This document shows positions 48,028 to 57,505 of a stretch of 64,000 nucleotides of DNA, in pieces. Position 1 is the stretch's first letter, and each line of letters starts with the position of its first letter. The position numbers and the translations under genes are program-made. Under the pieces are notes generated by a model. The model did not search any database, was not told the DNA's origin, and saw only the letters and a list, made by a program, of their open reading frames with translations. Source of the DNA: Kutzneria sp. (GTDB taxonomy: Bacteria > Actinomycetota > Actinomycetes > Mycobacteriales > Pseudonocardiaceae); contig DATJJB010000467.1 of NCBI GenBank assembly GCA_035492655.1, positions 5,964 to 69,963 on the forward strand, in the 5' to 3' direction.

Positions 48028-49403
48028 GCCAGCACATCCTGGAGGAACTCGGGCTGGCCGAGGCAGCCGACGGGCTCACCAGCCGCAAGCGCACCTTCTC
48101 CCCGGTGCACCTTGGCCTGCACGATGTCCGCATCGGCGATCTGCTCGACGCCGTGCGCAAGCGTGACGGCCTGCTGCCGCCCCGCACCGGGCACCTGGGC
48201 AACTGGACCGACATCGCCCAGGGCCGGGCCGGCGCGATGGACTTCAACACCGCCATCTGCGGCGCCGGCCACGGTTATCCGCTGGTGTACGGAATGAACC
48301 GCACCGAGGCCGAGACCGAGGGCGGCGACGAGGTCTACCAGCCCGGCGCGATCATCGAGGCAGGGGAGCGCAAGCCGCTTCCACTGTACACATGGGACGG
48401 TAATACCTTCGCTGAACGTGGCCGCGGCAAGCCACTGTTCTGTCCGGTGGTACAGACCGAAGTGGACGGTGAACTGACCGCTCTGATCGACGTGCAGTGG
48501 CGGCGGCTGGCCGACATTCCGGGCTACCGGTTCAAGAACTGGGCGCACTCGCTGGTCGACAACGAGCCGCTGCTGCTGGACATGCTGACCACGCTGATCA
48601 CCGAGGCCGGCAAGGGCAAATACCCCGACCGCACGCTGATCGAGCTGATCAGCCACGCCGCCACACTCGACGGCGGGGTCGAGCGCTGCGACCTCCGGCA
48701 CGACGGCACCGGTTACCTGCTGGACAACTACCGCTACGGCTCGGCTCGTGAGCTGGCCGAAGCGGTCCTGTTGCCGCTCAAGGCACTCACCGACCCGCAG
48801 TGGTTCTTCGCGCGCATCGCCGACATCCCCACGGTGTTGCCGGTTCCCTCGCTGCTGCTGACCAACGTGCTGTTCGCGGTCTTCGGCGATCACCGCCCGG
48901 ACGAGACCGGCGTGCCCGATGAGGGGCCGTTCATCACCCACCTGCACTGGGGCGCTCGCGCGATGGCCGGTTGTCCGCCGCGCCGCAACGGCTACTTCGG
49001 CCGGCGGTCGCGGGTGCGGCCGATGAAGGACATCGTCGCGCCGCTGGTCGAGCACTTCCCCGAGGTGAGCCCGATCTGTTTCGTGCTGCTGCCGGCCCAG
49101 GTGTTCATGCTGTGCCCGCCCAGTACTGAGCCGCAGGACCTGGCCGTGATGGGCGCGGTGGTCAAGTCGGTGCTCGCCGCCGAACCCGACGCCGCGTACG
49201 ACACCGCGCTGGCCGAACTGGGTTCGCGCGGCGACGAGCTGTCGGCCTACCTGCGCGGCCGGTTCGCCGCCAACAGCGGCGTGCCGCGTGGCGGCGAGGT
49301 TCGCGAGCCGGCGGTTCCGACTGAGCCGGAAGGCTTCCGCGACCTGACCTTCAAGCAGGCTTCGGCGGTCGTGGCGGCGTTCGAGGAGGTGTACGAGCGA
49401 TGA
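48024..49403 (+). CDS. Protein of unknown function (possibly DUF6025-like)
   Basis: GTGA-coupled, 459 aa. Motifs RTGHLGNW, HGYPL and HLHWGA..MAG.PP. The DUF assignment is from memory only. Confidence 0.75.
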   Translation: MSQHILEELGLAEAADGLTSRKRTFSPVHLGLHDVRIGDLLDAVRKRDGLLPPRTGHLGNWTDIAQGRAGAMDFNTAICGAGHGYPLVYGMNRTEAETEGGDEVYQPGAIIEAGERKPLPLYTWDGNTFAERGRGKPLFCPVVQTEVDGELTALIDVQWRRLADIPGYRFKNWAHSLVDNEPLLLDMLTTLITEAGKGKYPDRTLIELISHAATLDGGVERCDLRHDGTGYLLDNYRYGSARELAEAVLLPLKALTDPQWFFARIADIPTVLPVPSLLLTNVLFAVFGDHRPDETGVPDEGPFITHLHWGARAMAGCPPRRNGYFGRRSRVRPMKDIVAPLVEHFPEVSPICFVLLPAQVFMLCPPSTEPQDLAVMGAVVKSVLAAEPDAAYDTALAELGSRGDELSAYLRGRFAANSGVPRGGEVREPAVPTEPEGFRDLTFKQASAVVAAFEEVYER

Positions 49404-50383
49404 GGCTCACGCACCGGGACATCGCCATCGCGTTCAAGGAGCCGTTCGTCAGCAGCCGGGGCGTGGTCAGCGAAGTGCGCCAACAGGTTGTCCGCCTCGA
49501 CTGGCAGGGCCTCGTCGGCTACGGCACGGCTTTGGCTGCTGAACCGTCCGAATTGGACGGATTACTGCTCGAAGACGCCAGCCCGTTCGCGATCAGGTCC
49601 ACGCTGGCCCGGCTCGACGTCCGACCGAACGTGCTGGCCGCGATCGACATGGCGCTGCACGACCTGCTCGGCAAGGCGGCCAACCTGCCGCTCCGCCACC
49701 TCATCGGCGCGGCCGACCTGCCGCTGACCCCGACAGCGGTGTCGATCGGCGCCTGCCCGGACCACGAATTGGCCCGCCGTGGCCAGGAACTCGCCGACTG
49801 GCCCATCCTCAAGCTGAAGATGACTTCGGCCGACGACGGCCGGCGGGCCGGCGTGCTGCGCGAGGTCTACGACGGCCGGATCTGGGTCGACGGCAACTGC
49901 TCCTGGACGGCCGAGCGTGCCGTCGAGGTCTCCCACGAGTTGGCCGAACACGGCGTCGAGCTGCTCGAACAGCCCGTCCCGGCCGGGCAGCTCAGCGAAC
50001 TCCGCTACGTGCACGAGAATTCGCCGATCCCCGTGCTGGCCGACGAGGACTGCGTTGGCCGGGACGACATTCTCAAGCTTCGGGGTCACGTCGCCGGCGT
50101 GAACATCAAGCTCACCAAGTGCGGCGGCCTGCTGGCCGCGCTCGACATGATCACGCTGGCCCGGGCCGCCGGACTGCGGATCATGGTGGGCTGCAAGAAC
50201 GAGAGCACGCTCGGCGTGACCGCGATGGCCCAACTGGCCGGCCTGGCCGACTATCTCGACCTGGACGGGCAGCTGCTGCTGGTCGACGACCCGTTCACCG
50301 GCCTGGCGATCGACCGGGGCGTGCTCACGCTGCCGGCCGCCCCCGGCCTGGGCGTCGGCACCTACGACATCGGAGAACACTGA
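49400..50383 (+). CDS. Enolase superfamily, dipeptide (Ala-Glu) epimerase-like
   Basis: AAIDMALHDL.GK, KLK, VDGN, EQP, ADE, NIKLTKCGG, DLDG. Confidence 0.88.
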   Translation: MRLTHRDIAIAFKEPFVSSRGVVSEVRQQVVRLDWQGLVGYGTALAAEPSELDGLLLEDASPFAIRSTLARLDVRPNVLAAIDMALHDLLGKAANLPLRHLIGAADLPLTPTAVSIGACPDHELARRGQELADWPILKLKMTSADDGRRAGVLREVYDGRIWVDGNCSWTAERAVEVSHELAEHGVELLEQPVPAGQLSELRYVHENSPIPVLADEDCVGRDDILKLRGHVAGVNIKLTKCGGLLAALDMITLARAAGLRIMVGCKNESTLGVTAMAQLAGLADYLDLDGQLLLVDDPFTGLAIDRGVLTLPAAPGLGVGTYDIGEH

Positions 50384-50384
50384 C

Positions 50385-51332
50385 ATGCGCTGTGCCGTCC
50401 TCGACGACTTCCAGCGGGTGGCGACCACGGCGGCCGACTGGTCGCCGATCGCCGACCGCGTCGACGTGACCATCTTCGACCAGCACCTCAGCGACTCAGC
50501 ACTGGCCGAGGCATTGGCCGACTTCGACATCGTCGTCACGCTGCGCGAACGCGTCCCGTTTCCCCGATCCCTGCTGGCAAAGCTGCCCAAGCTCAAGCTG
50601 CTGATCGCCTCCGGCATGCGGAACTCGGTGATCGACTACGCGGCCGCCGAGGAACAGGGCATCACCGTCTGCGGCACGGCCAGCTCCTCGACGCCGCCGG
50701 TCGAGCTGACCTGGGCGCTGCTGCTCGGCCTGGCCCGCGGCATCGTCACGGAGAACAACGCGGTGCGGGACAACGGACCCTGGCAGCAGACGGTCGGGGC
50801 CGACCTGCACGGCAAGACCCTCGGCCTGCTCGGCCTCGGCAAGATCGGCAGCCGGGTCGCCGCGGTCGGTCTGGCCTTCGGCATGAAGGTCGTGGCCTGG
50901 AGCCCGAACCTGACCAAGGAGCGGGCCGCTGAGCACGGTGTCGAGCTCGTCACCAAGGAAGACCTGGTGGCCGACAGCGACTTCGTCTCCATCCACCTGG
51001 CCATGGGCGACCGGTCCCGCAACCTCATCGGTGCCGACGAATTAGCCGCGATGAAGTCGACCGCGTTCCTGATCAACACCTCCCGAGCGGCCATCGTCGA
51101 CCAGGACGCGCTCGTCACTGCCTTGAACGACAACCGAATCGCCGGAGCCGGTGTCGACGTCTTCGACGTCGAGCCGCTGCCGGCCGACCACCCGATGCGT
51201 ACGGCACAAAACCTGCTGGCCACGCCCCACCTCGGCTACGTCTCGCACGACAACTACCGGCGCTACTACGGCGAAGCCGTCGAGGACATCCAGGCTTTCC
51301 TCGCCGGATCCCCCGTTCGCCGCCTGCCCTGA
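50385..51332 (+). CDS. D-2-hydroxyacid dehydrogenase family protein
   Basis: LRER, GLLGLGKIG, INTSRA, DVFDVEP, TPHLGY. Confidence 0.93.
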   Translation: MRCAVLDDFQRVATTAADWSPIADRVDVTIFDQHLSDSALAEALADFDIVVTLRERVPFPRSLLAKLPKLKLLIASGMRNSVIDYAAAEEQGITVCGTASSSTPPVELTWALLLGLARGIVTENNAVRDNGPWQQTVGADLHGKTLGLLGLGKIGSRVAAVGLAFGMKVVAWSPNLTKERAAEHGVELVTKEDLVADSDFVSIHLAMGDRSRNLIGADELAAMKSTAFLINTSRAAIVDQDALVTALNDNRIAGAGVDVFDVEPLPADHPMRTAQNLLATPHLGYVSHDNYRRYYGEAVEDIQAFLAGSPVRRLP

Positions 51333-51352
51333 CAAACAAGGAGAGCACAGCA

Positions 51353-52678
51353 GTGAACCGGATGATGAAGCTCGGGGCCTTCCTGCCGGCGCCCGGACAC
51401 CACGTCGCCGCCTGGCGCCACCCCAACGCGTACCCGCAGGGCTGCCTGGACTTCGACTACTACCGCAAGCTGGCGCAGACCGCCGAGCGCGGCAAGTTCG
51501 ACATGATCTTCCTGTCCGACGGCGCGGGTGTCCGCACGCACTACCGCAACGCGGAGGAGCTCAGCCGGCAGGGCCGCATGGTCCACTTCGAGCCGCTGAC
51601 CCTGCTGTCCGCGCTGGCCGTGCACACCAGCAACATCGGCCTCGCCGCCACCGCGTCCACCAGCTACAACGAGCCGTTCAACGTGGCGCGGAAGTTCGCC
51701 TCGCTGGACCATCTGTCGCACGGCCGCGCCGGCTGGAACGTCGTCACCTCCGCGACCGACGCCGAGGCCCGCAACTTCAACCTGGAGCAGCAGGCCGCGC
51801 ACGCCGACCGCTACCGGCGCTCGCGCGAGTTCATCGAGGTCGTCGCCGGTCTCTGGGACAGCTGGGAGGACGACGCCTTCACCTACGACAAGGAGAGCGG
51901 CCGCTTCTTCGATCCGGACAAGCTGCACATCCTGGGGCACAAGGGAGAGCACTTCTCGGTGCGCGGCCCGCTCAACGTGGCGCGCCCGCCGCAGGGCCAC
52001 CCGGTGATCGTGCAGGCCGGTTCCTCGCCGGACGGCCAGGCCTTCGCCGCGCAGTGGGCCGAGGTCGTCTTCACCGTGCAGCAGACGCTGGAGCAGGCCC
52101 AGGACTACTACCGCGGCATGCGCAAGCAGATCGCCGACGCCGGCCGCGACCCCGAGCACGTCAAGATCCTGCCCGGCGCGTTCATCGTCATCGGGCGCAC
52201 CCAGGCCGAGGCCGAGGACAAGTACGAGACGCTGCAGGACCTGGTGGATCCGGTGCTGGGCCTGAGCCTGCTGACCGCCCAGCTCGGCGACATCGACCTG
52301 TCGGGCTACCCGCTGGACGAGCCGCTGCCCGAGCTGCCGCCGACCGAGGGCAGCACCAGCAAGCAGCAGATGATCTACCAGCAGGCCAAGCGGGAGGGCC
52401 TGACCCTGCGCGAGCTGTACAAGTCGGTGTCGGCCGGCCGCGGCCACCGCCGGCTGATCGGCACCGCCGAGACCATCGCCGACGACCTCGAGGAGTGGTT
52501 CCTCAACGAGGCGGCCGACGGCTTCAACATCATGCCCGACTACCTGCCCGACGGCCTGGACGACATCGTCGAGCTGCTGGTGCCGGAGTTGCAGCGGCGC
52601 GGGCTGGTCCGCACCGAGTACGACGGCCGCACGCTGCGGGACAACCTCGGCCTGCCGCGGCCGGACTTCGCGCGATGA
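51353..52678 (+). CDS. NtaA/SnaA/DszA-type LLM flavin-dependent monooxygenase
   Basis: AWRHP, AERGKFD, EPLTLLSALA, ASLDHLS.GRAGWNVVTS, QAGSS, TLRDNLGL. Confidence 0.94.
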   Translation: MNRMMKLGAFLPAPGHHVAAWRHPNAYPQGCLDFDYYRKLAQTAERGKFDMIFLSDGAGVRTHYRNAEELSRQGRMVHFEPLTLLSALAVHTSNIGLAATASTSYNEPFNVARKFASLDHLSHGRAGWNVVTSATDAEARNFNLEQQAAHADRYRRSREFIEVVAGLWDSWEDDAFTYDKESGRFFDPDKLHILGHKGEHFSVRGPLNVARPPQGHPVIVQAGSSPDGQAFAAQWAEVVFTVQQTLEQAQDYYRGMRKQIADAGRDPEHVKILPGAFIVIGRTQAEAEDKYETLQDLVDPVLGLSLLTAQLGDIDLSGYPLDEPLPELPPTEGSTSKQQMIYQQAKREGLTLRELYKSVSAGRGHRRLIGTAETIADDLEEWFLNEAADGFNIMPDYLPDGLDDIVELLVPELQRRGLVRTEYDGRTLRDNLGLPRPDFAR

Positions 52679-53151
52679 CCGTCGACGGCCGGACCCTGCG
52701 CCGCGTCCTGCGCTCGCACGCCGCCGGGGTCGCGGTGCTGACCGCGCCCGGGCCGGTCGGGGTCACCGTCACGTCGTTCACCTCGCTCAGCGCCGACCCG
52801 CCGCTGGTGTCGTTCGCGCTGGCCGAGACCTCGTCCACCTGGGGCCGGGTGGCCGACGCCGAGTGGTTCGGCATCCAGGTGCTGGCCGCGGACCAGGTCG
52901 CGGTGGCCGAGCGGTTCGCCGCCAAGGGCGTCGACCGGTTCGCGCCGCCGACCAGCTGGCGGCCCGGCCCGCACGGCGTTCCGCTGCTGGACGGCTGCCT
53001 GGCCTGGCTCGTCTGCTCCCGGCACGGCGTTTTCCGGCTCGGCGACCACCACCTGGTGGTCGGCGCGGTCGAGCACGCGGAGGCCGGCGAGTCCGGCGAC
53101 GGCCTGGTCCACGTGCACGGCACCGTGCGCCCCTCCCACGCAAGGATCTGA
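52675..53151 (+). CDS. Flavin reductase (partner of the monooxygenase)
   Basis: MTVDGRTLRRVL start (ATGA overlap), GVAVLT, SFTSLSADPPLV, GDH. Confidence 0.92.
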   Translation: MTVDGRTLRRVLRSHAAGVAVLTAPGPVGVTVTSFTSLSADPPLVSFALAETSSTWGRVADAEWFGIQVLAADQVAVAERFAAKGVDRFAPPTSWRPGPHGVPLLDGCLAWLVCSRHGVFRLGDHHLVVGAVEHAEAGESGDGLVHVHGTVRPSHARI

Positions 53152-53153
53152 TC

Positions 53154-54386
53154 ATGCCCAAGGTGCTTCTGCTGTCCCGGCAACCGCTGGCCAAGCGGCC
53201 GTTGCAGGACTGGCTGGACGACACGTCGTCGGTCGTCCTGTTCACCACGCCCAAGGCGGTGGCCGGGTCGGAGGCCGAGCTGGCCGAGCACTTCCCGCGG
53301 CACCGGCTGGTCGAGGACTACCACGGCTGGTCGGCGCTGCGGGCCGCCGAGTCGGCGGCCCGTGCGCACGGCGTGGACCTGGTGGCCAGCACGAGTGAGC
53401 ACGACGTGCTGCGGGCGGCCCGGCTGCGGGAGCGGCTGGGCCTGCCCGGGCAGGGCATCGCGTCCGCGTTGGCGCATCGGGACAAGGTGGTGATGAAGCG
53501 GTTTGCCGTCGAGGCGGGGGTGCCGGTGCCGGCCTTCGCTGCCATCGATGACCCGTTGGACCTGCTCGATTTCGTTGACGCGCACGGGTTTCCCGTGGTG
53601 GTCAAGCCGCGGGACGGGGCGGGCGCCTCGGGTGTGAGCGTGCTGTCTTCGATGGGTGATCTTGACGAGTTCCTGGCCCAGCACGGCGATGTGCCGCACC
53701 TGCCCGGCCAGTGGATGGCGGAGTCCTTTGTGCGTGGGGACTTCTTCCACGTGGACGGGGTCATGGTGGACGGCCGGATCGTGCACGGCTGGCCTTCGCG
53801 GTACAACGGCGGCGTGGCCGAACGGGTCCGCGACTCGACGTGCTTGAGCAGTGTTCTACTGGCTCCCGAGGACCCGCGGAATACGCTGCTCATGGGGCTG
53901 ACCGCGGACGTGATCGCGGCGCTGCCCCGCTGCGAGGAACCGTTGGTGTTTCACCTGGAGGCCTGGATCCGGGCCGACGGCGAGCCGGTGTTCTGCGAGA
54001 TCGCCAGCCGCTCCGGCGGGGCGCTGGTCGCGGAGACCTACGAGCGGGCCTTCGGTGTGCACCTGGCCAAGGAGGGGCTGCGCGTGCAGTGTGGCGACGA
54101 CCTCACCCTGACGGAGCAGCCGGCCGCGCCGCGCTCGGCCTACGGCTGGATTCTGGTGCCGCCCGGTCACGGCAAGCTGGTCGGGCCGGCGGAGCCGTGC
54201 CCGGTTCCGGGCGTCGAGATCGTCACGCAGCTGGCCGCCGGCACGGAGCGTGACGGCCTGGCCCACGCCACCGACGCCGCGGTCGGCGCGACTGTCTTCG
54301 GCGACACGCCCGATCAGGTGGACAAGCGGATGACCCAGTTGGTGGACTGGTGGCGGCTGAACACGAGCTGGGTGGGGGAGTCGTGA
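53154..54386 (+). CDS. ATP-grasp amino acid ligase 1
   Basis: AARLRERLGLPG, RDKVVMK, VVKPRDGAGA, ESFVRG..FHVDG, FHLE, CEIASRSGG. Confidence 0.9.
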   Translation: MPKVLLLSRQPLAKRPLQDWLDDTSSVVLFTTPKAVAGSEAELAEHFPRHRLVEDYHGWSALRAAESAARAHGVDLVASTSEHDVLRAARLRERLGLPGQGIASALAHRDKVVMKRFAVEAGVPVPAFAAIDDPLDLLDFVDAHGFPVVVKPRDGAGASGVSVLSSMGDLDEFLAQHGDVPHLPGQWMAESFVRGDFFHVDGVMVDGRIVHGWPSRYNGGVAERVRDSTCLSSVLLAPEDPRNTLLMGLTADVIAALPRCEEPLVFHLEAWIRADGEPVFCEIASRSGGALVAETYERAFGVHLAKEGLRVQCGDDLTLTEQPAAPRSAYGWILVPPGHGKLVGPAEPCPVPGVEIVTQLAAGTERDGLAHATDAAVGATVFGDTPDQVDKRMTQLVDWWRLNTSWVGES

Positions 54387-55621
54387 CTACGGAACATGTT
54401 CTCATCGTCGGCACGGGCCGGGAGTTCCCGGCCCGTTTCCGCGAGGCCGGCGCCGAGACCTCGGTGATCGTGCGGGTCGAGTCGCTGCACAAGGTGCGCG
54501 AGCCGGCGTTGAACCGGCGGGTCATCGGCGTGCGGGCCGACGCACCGGATGAGGAGTGGGTTGCCCTGGCCGCGGCGGCGCACGCCGTGCACCCGTTCAC
54601 TCGCATCGCGACCGTCGGCGAACGGGAGCAGGACCGCTGCGCGGCCATCGGGGCGGCGCTGGGGTTGTACACGCACAGCGTGGAGACCGTGGCGCTGGTG
54701 CACGACAAGCTGCGCATGCGGGAGAAGTTGGCCGATCTTGGCATCGACTTGACGGCTTTTGTCTTTGCTGAAGCCGAAAGTGACGTGCTGGCGTTCTTCA
54801 GGGCGCATGGCCCCTGTGTGGTCAAGCCGATCGAGGGTGCCGGCAGTGCCGGGGTGGCGCTGGTTCGGGCCGTGGCGGACGTGCCGGCGGCGTGGGTGCG
54901 GGCCAGCGGTTCGCACGAGGGCATTCCCGCGGCCGGCGTGATCGTCGAACAGTTCCACGACGGGGACCAGTACAGCGTCGAGGGTTTCGCCGAGGCCGGC
55001 GAGCACGTGACCGTGTCGGTCACGCGGAAGTACTCCGATCCCTCGACCTTCGTCGAGCTCGGCCACGTCGCTCCCGCGCCGCTCACTTCCGCGGAACGGT
55101 CGGCCATCGAGGAGTACACGAATCGTGTGCTGGCCGCGCTCGGTGTCGAATTCGGGCCGACCCACACGGAAATCGTGCTCGGTGCCGACGGCCCTCGACT
55201 GATCGAGACGCACGTTCGCTTCGGCGGCGACGACATTCCGTCGCTGACCCTGGACGTCACCGGTGTCGATCTGTCGGACTGCGTGGTGCGGCAGACGCTC
55301 GGCGAGAAGGTGCTGCCGTCGATCCGTTCTTCCTCAGGGCAGGGCAGTTCGGCGATCTGGTTCGCCGCGTTGGCCGGATCGGGTGTGCTGGCGGACGTTT
55401 CCGGTCAGGACGAGGCATCCGCGGTCGACGGCGTGACTTCGGTGCGGCTGCTGGCCAAGCCCGGTGCTGTGGTGGACGGGCTGGCGTCGTCGGAGTCCCG
55501 GGTGGCGCAGGTGCGAGCCGTGGCCGACAGTCCTTCGGCGGCCGTCGAAGCCGCCCGCGAGGGCGTTCGACGGCTGGGATTCCTGGTGCGGGCCAAGGCC
55601 CACGACGGCGCGACCGTCTGA
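54383..55621 (+). CDS. ATP-grasp amino acid ligase 2 (with LAL_C2-like tail)
   Basis: HDKLRMRE, VVKPIEGAGS, EQFHDGDQYSVE, FVELGH, HTE, IETHVRFGGD. Confidence 0.9.
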   Translation: MTTEHVLIVGTGREFPARFREAGAETSVIVRVESLHKVREPALNRRVIGVRADAPDEEWVALAAAAHAVHPFTRIATVGEREQDRCAAIGAALGLYTHSVETVALVHDKLRMREKLADLGIDLTAFVFAEAESDVLAFFRAHGPCVVKPIEGAGSAGVALVRAVADVPAAWVRASGSHEGIPAAGVIVEQFHDGDQYSVEGFAEAGEHVTVSVTRKYSDPSTFVELGHVAPAPLTSAERSAIEEYTNRVLAALGVEFGPTHTEIVLGADGPRLIETHVRFGGDDIPSLTLDVTGVDLSDCVVRQTLGEKVLPSIRSSSGQGSSAIWFAALAGSGVLADVSGQDEASAVDGVTSVRLLAKPGAVVDGLASSESRVAQVRAVADSPSAAVEAAREGVRRLGFLVRAKAHDGATV

Positions 55622-55639
55622 AGGGGGAGGAAAAACCTC

Positions 55640-56848
55640 GTGTTGAGCCGTTTTCTGCTGCCGCCGGGCCCGGTCCGGCTGTTCAGCATCCTCAGCGGGA
55701 TCATGACGCTGGGGCAGGGGCTGTGGATGGCGCTCAACGCGATCTACGCGGTGACCGTCGTGCACCTGAGCCCGGCCCAGCTCGGCATCAGCGCCACCGT
55801 CGCCGCCGGGATCGTGCTGCTGTTCAGCATCCCGTTGGGGCACTTGGCCGACCGGTTGGGCCCGCGCGGCGTGCAGATGTGGTCTTTCCTCCTGCTGGCC
55901 CCGCTGACCGCCGCCCTGCTGTTCGTCACCGGGTTCTGGAGCTATCTGGTGGTGGTGTCCGTGCAGGGCATCGCCTACCTGGCCGGGCGCAGCGCGCGCA
56001 AGGCCATGATCGCCGGTCTGGTGCCGTCCGGGGAACGGGTGAAGGTGCTGGCCTACATCCGGTCGGCGTGCAACGTCGGCGTGTCGATCGGGGCCATGAT
56101 CGCCGGGCTTGTGTTGGCCTCGCAGTCTTTGCTGGCCTACCACGGTGCCGTGCTGCTGACCGCCGCGTGCTTCCTGACCACGGGCCTGTTGACGGCCAAG
56201 GAGCCCAAGGTGCCGCCGGTGCCGCCCAAGCCGGGGCCGACCTTCGGCGTGCTGCGGGATCTGCCGTTCCTGAGCTTCACCGTGTTCGACGGCCTGCTGT
56301 CCACACATTCCGTGCTACTGGACGTGGTGCTGCCGCTGTGGGTGTTGAACCACACCAACGCCCCGAAGTGGATGAGCGCCGTGATCCTGTTGACCAACAC
56401 CATTCTGGTTGTGCTGGTGCAGACGCGCGCCGCTCGTGGCACCGACACCCCCGCCAGGTCCGCGCGGGCCAGCCTCCAGGGCGCCGGTTGTGTCGCCGCC
56501 GCCTGCGTGATCTTCGCGTTCAGCAGCGGAACCGACGTCTGGCTGGCCTGTTCGCTGCTGGTCATCGGCGGTGTGGCGCACGCGCTCGGCGAGGTGCGGC
56601 AGGCCGCCGGCAGCTGGGGCATCGCCTTCGAGTTGGCCCCGGACCACGCGATGGGGCAGTACCAGGGCACCCACGCCATGGGCCAGGACATCGGCCAGAT
56701 GATCGCCCCGGCCATCTTCACCTCGTTGACCCTGGTGCTGGGCTTCCCCGGGTGGTTCGTGCTGGCCGCGGCGTTCCTGGTGCTGGGGGCGGCCATGCCG
56801 CCGATCGTCTCGCTGGCCACGCGCAAACGCAGCCTGGTCGCGGCGTGA
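55640..56848 (+). CDS. MFS transporter (probable product exporter)
   Basis: GHLADRLGPR motif A, about 12 TMs, ELAP..MGQYQG. Confidence 0.9.
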   Translation: MLSRFLLPPGPVRLFSILSGIMTLGQGLWMALNAIYAVTVVHLSPAQLGISATVAAGIVLLFSIPLGHLADRLGPRGVQMWSFLLLAPLTAALLFVTGFWSYLVVVSVQGIAYLAGRSARKAMIAGLVPSGERVKVLAYIRSACNVGVSIGAMIAGLVLASQSLLAYHGAVLLTAACFLTTGLLTAKEPKVPPVPPKPGPTFGVLRDLPFLSFTVFDGLLSTHSVLLDVVLPLWVLNHTNAPKWMSAVILLTNTILVVLVQTRAARGTDTPARSARASLQGAGCVAAACVIFAFSSGTDVWLACSLLVIGGVAHALGEVRQAAGSWGIAFELAPDHAMGQYQGTHAMGQDIGQMIAPAIFTSLTLVLGFPGWFVLAAAFLVLGAAMPPIVSLATRKRSLVAA

Positions 56849-56853
56849 GAACG

Positions 56854-56885
56854 TCGGGCCGGTCGGCGAGCGCCGACCGGCCCGA
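56854..56885. terminator. Bidirectional terminator hairpin ending the biosynthetic operon
   Basis: Perfect 15-bp inverted repeat TCGGGCCGGTCGGCG-ag-CGCCGACCGGCCCGA. Confidence 0.8.
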
Positions 56886-56893
56886 GTGTTTGC

Positions 56894-57505
56894 TCAGCCC
56901 ACGAAACCGTTGTCGGCCAGGGTCTTGTCGATGCGGGCCCGGTGCGCCTGCTCCCAGTCGTCCAGGGTCTCGGCGGCCTCCTTGGCCAGCTTGGCCTGCG
57001 CCTGGGCGAGGACCTCGTCCTGCCGGCCGGCCGGCACCACGACCACGCCCTCCTCGTCGGCCACCACGATGTCGCCGGGGTTGATCCGCACGCCGCCGAC
57101 GGTGACCTCGCCGCCCAGTGGGAGGACCTCCTTCTTGGTGCCCGGGATGGGGATGACGCCCCGGCCGAACACCGGGAAGCCGTCCTCGCGGACCTCGCCG
57201 AGGTCGCGGATCAGGCCGTCCACCACGAACGCGGCGACGCCGCGGCGGTGCGCCACCGCGCACACGTTGCCGCCGGCCAGCGCGTAGTCCAGGTCACCGG
57301 ACTCCACCACGATCACCGAACCCGGCTCCGCGCGGTAGATCGCGGCATGCAGCATCAGGTTGTCGCCGGGCGCGCACTTCACCGTGAACGCCGGACCGGC
57401 CACCCGCGGCGCGCCCGTCCACAGTGGACGGATGCCGATGTCCATCACCTGCTGGCGGCCCAGGATGTCGGCCAGGGTGGTCGGCGGGACGTCCTTGAAG
57501 CTCAT
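56894..57505 (-). CDS. RraA / HMG-aldolase family protein
   Basis: GPAFTV..GDNL, VVDGLIRD, PGDIVVADEEGVVVVP. Confidence 0.9.
   Translation of the reverse strand: MSFKDVPPTTLADILGRQQVMDIGIRPLWTGAPRVAGPAFTVKCAPGDNLMLHAAIYRAEPGSVIVVESGDLDYALAGGNVCAVAHRRGVAAFVVDGLIRDLGEVREDGFPVFGRGVIPIPGTKKEVLPLGGEVTVGGVRINPGDIVVADEEGVVVVPAGRQDEVLAQAQAKLAKEAAETLDDWEQAHRARIDKTLADNGFVG

Noticed and set aside
51151-53151. 666-aa ORF ending in a flavin reductase
   Set aside because: Only 52675-53151 is real. The rest is an alternative frame of the monooxygenase.
53450-55620. More T-ending codons in the ATP-grasp genes as a sign of separate acquisition
   Set aside because: The shift begins mid-gene and start/stop coupling is intact. 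It cannot be distinguished from local mutational bias without computation.
42651-56848. Phosphonate (phosphinothricin-like) cluster
   Set aside because: No PEP mutase (EDKxxxxxNS motif) or phosphonopyruvate decarboxylase was seen in the window.
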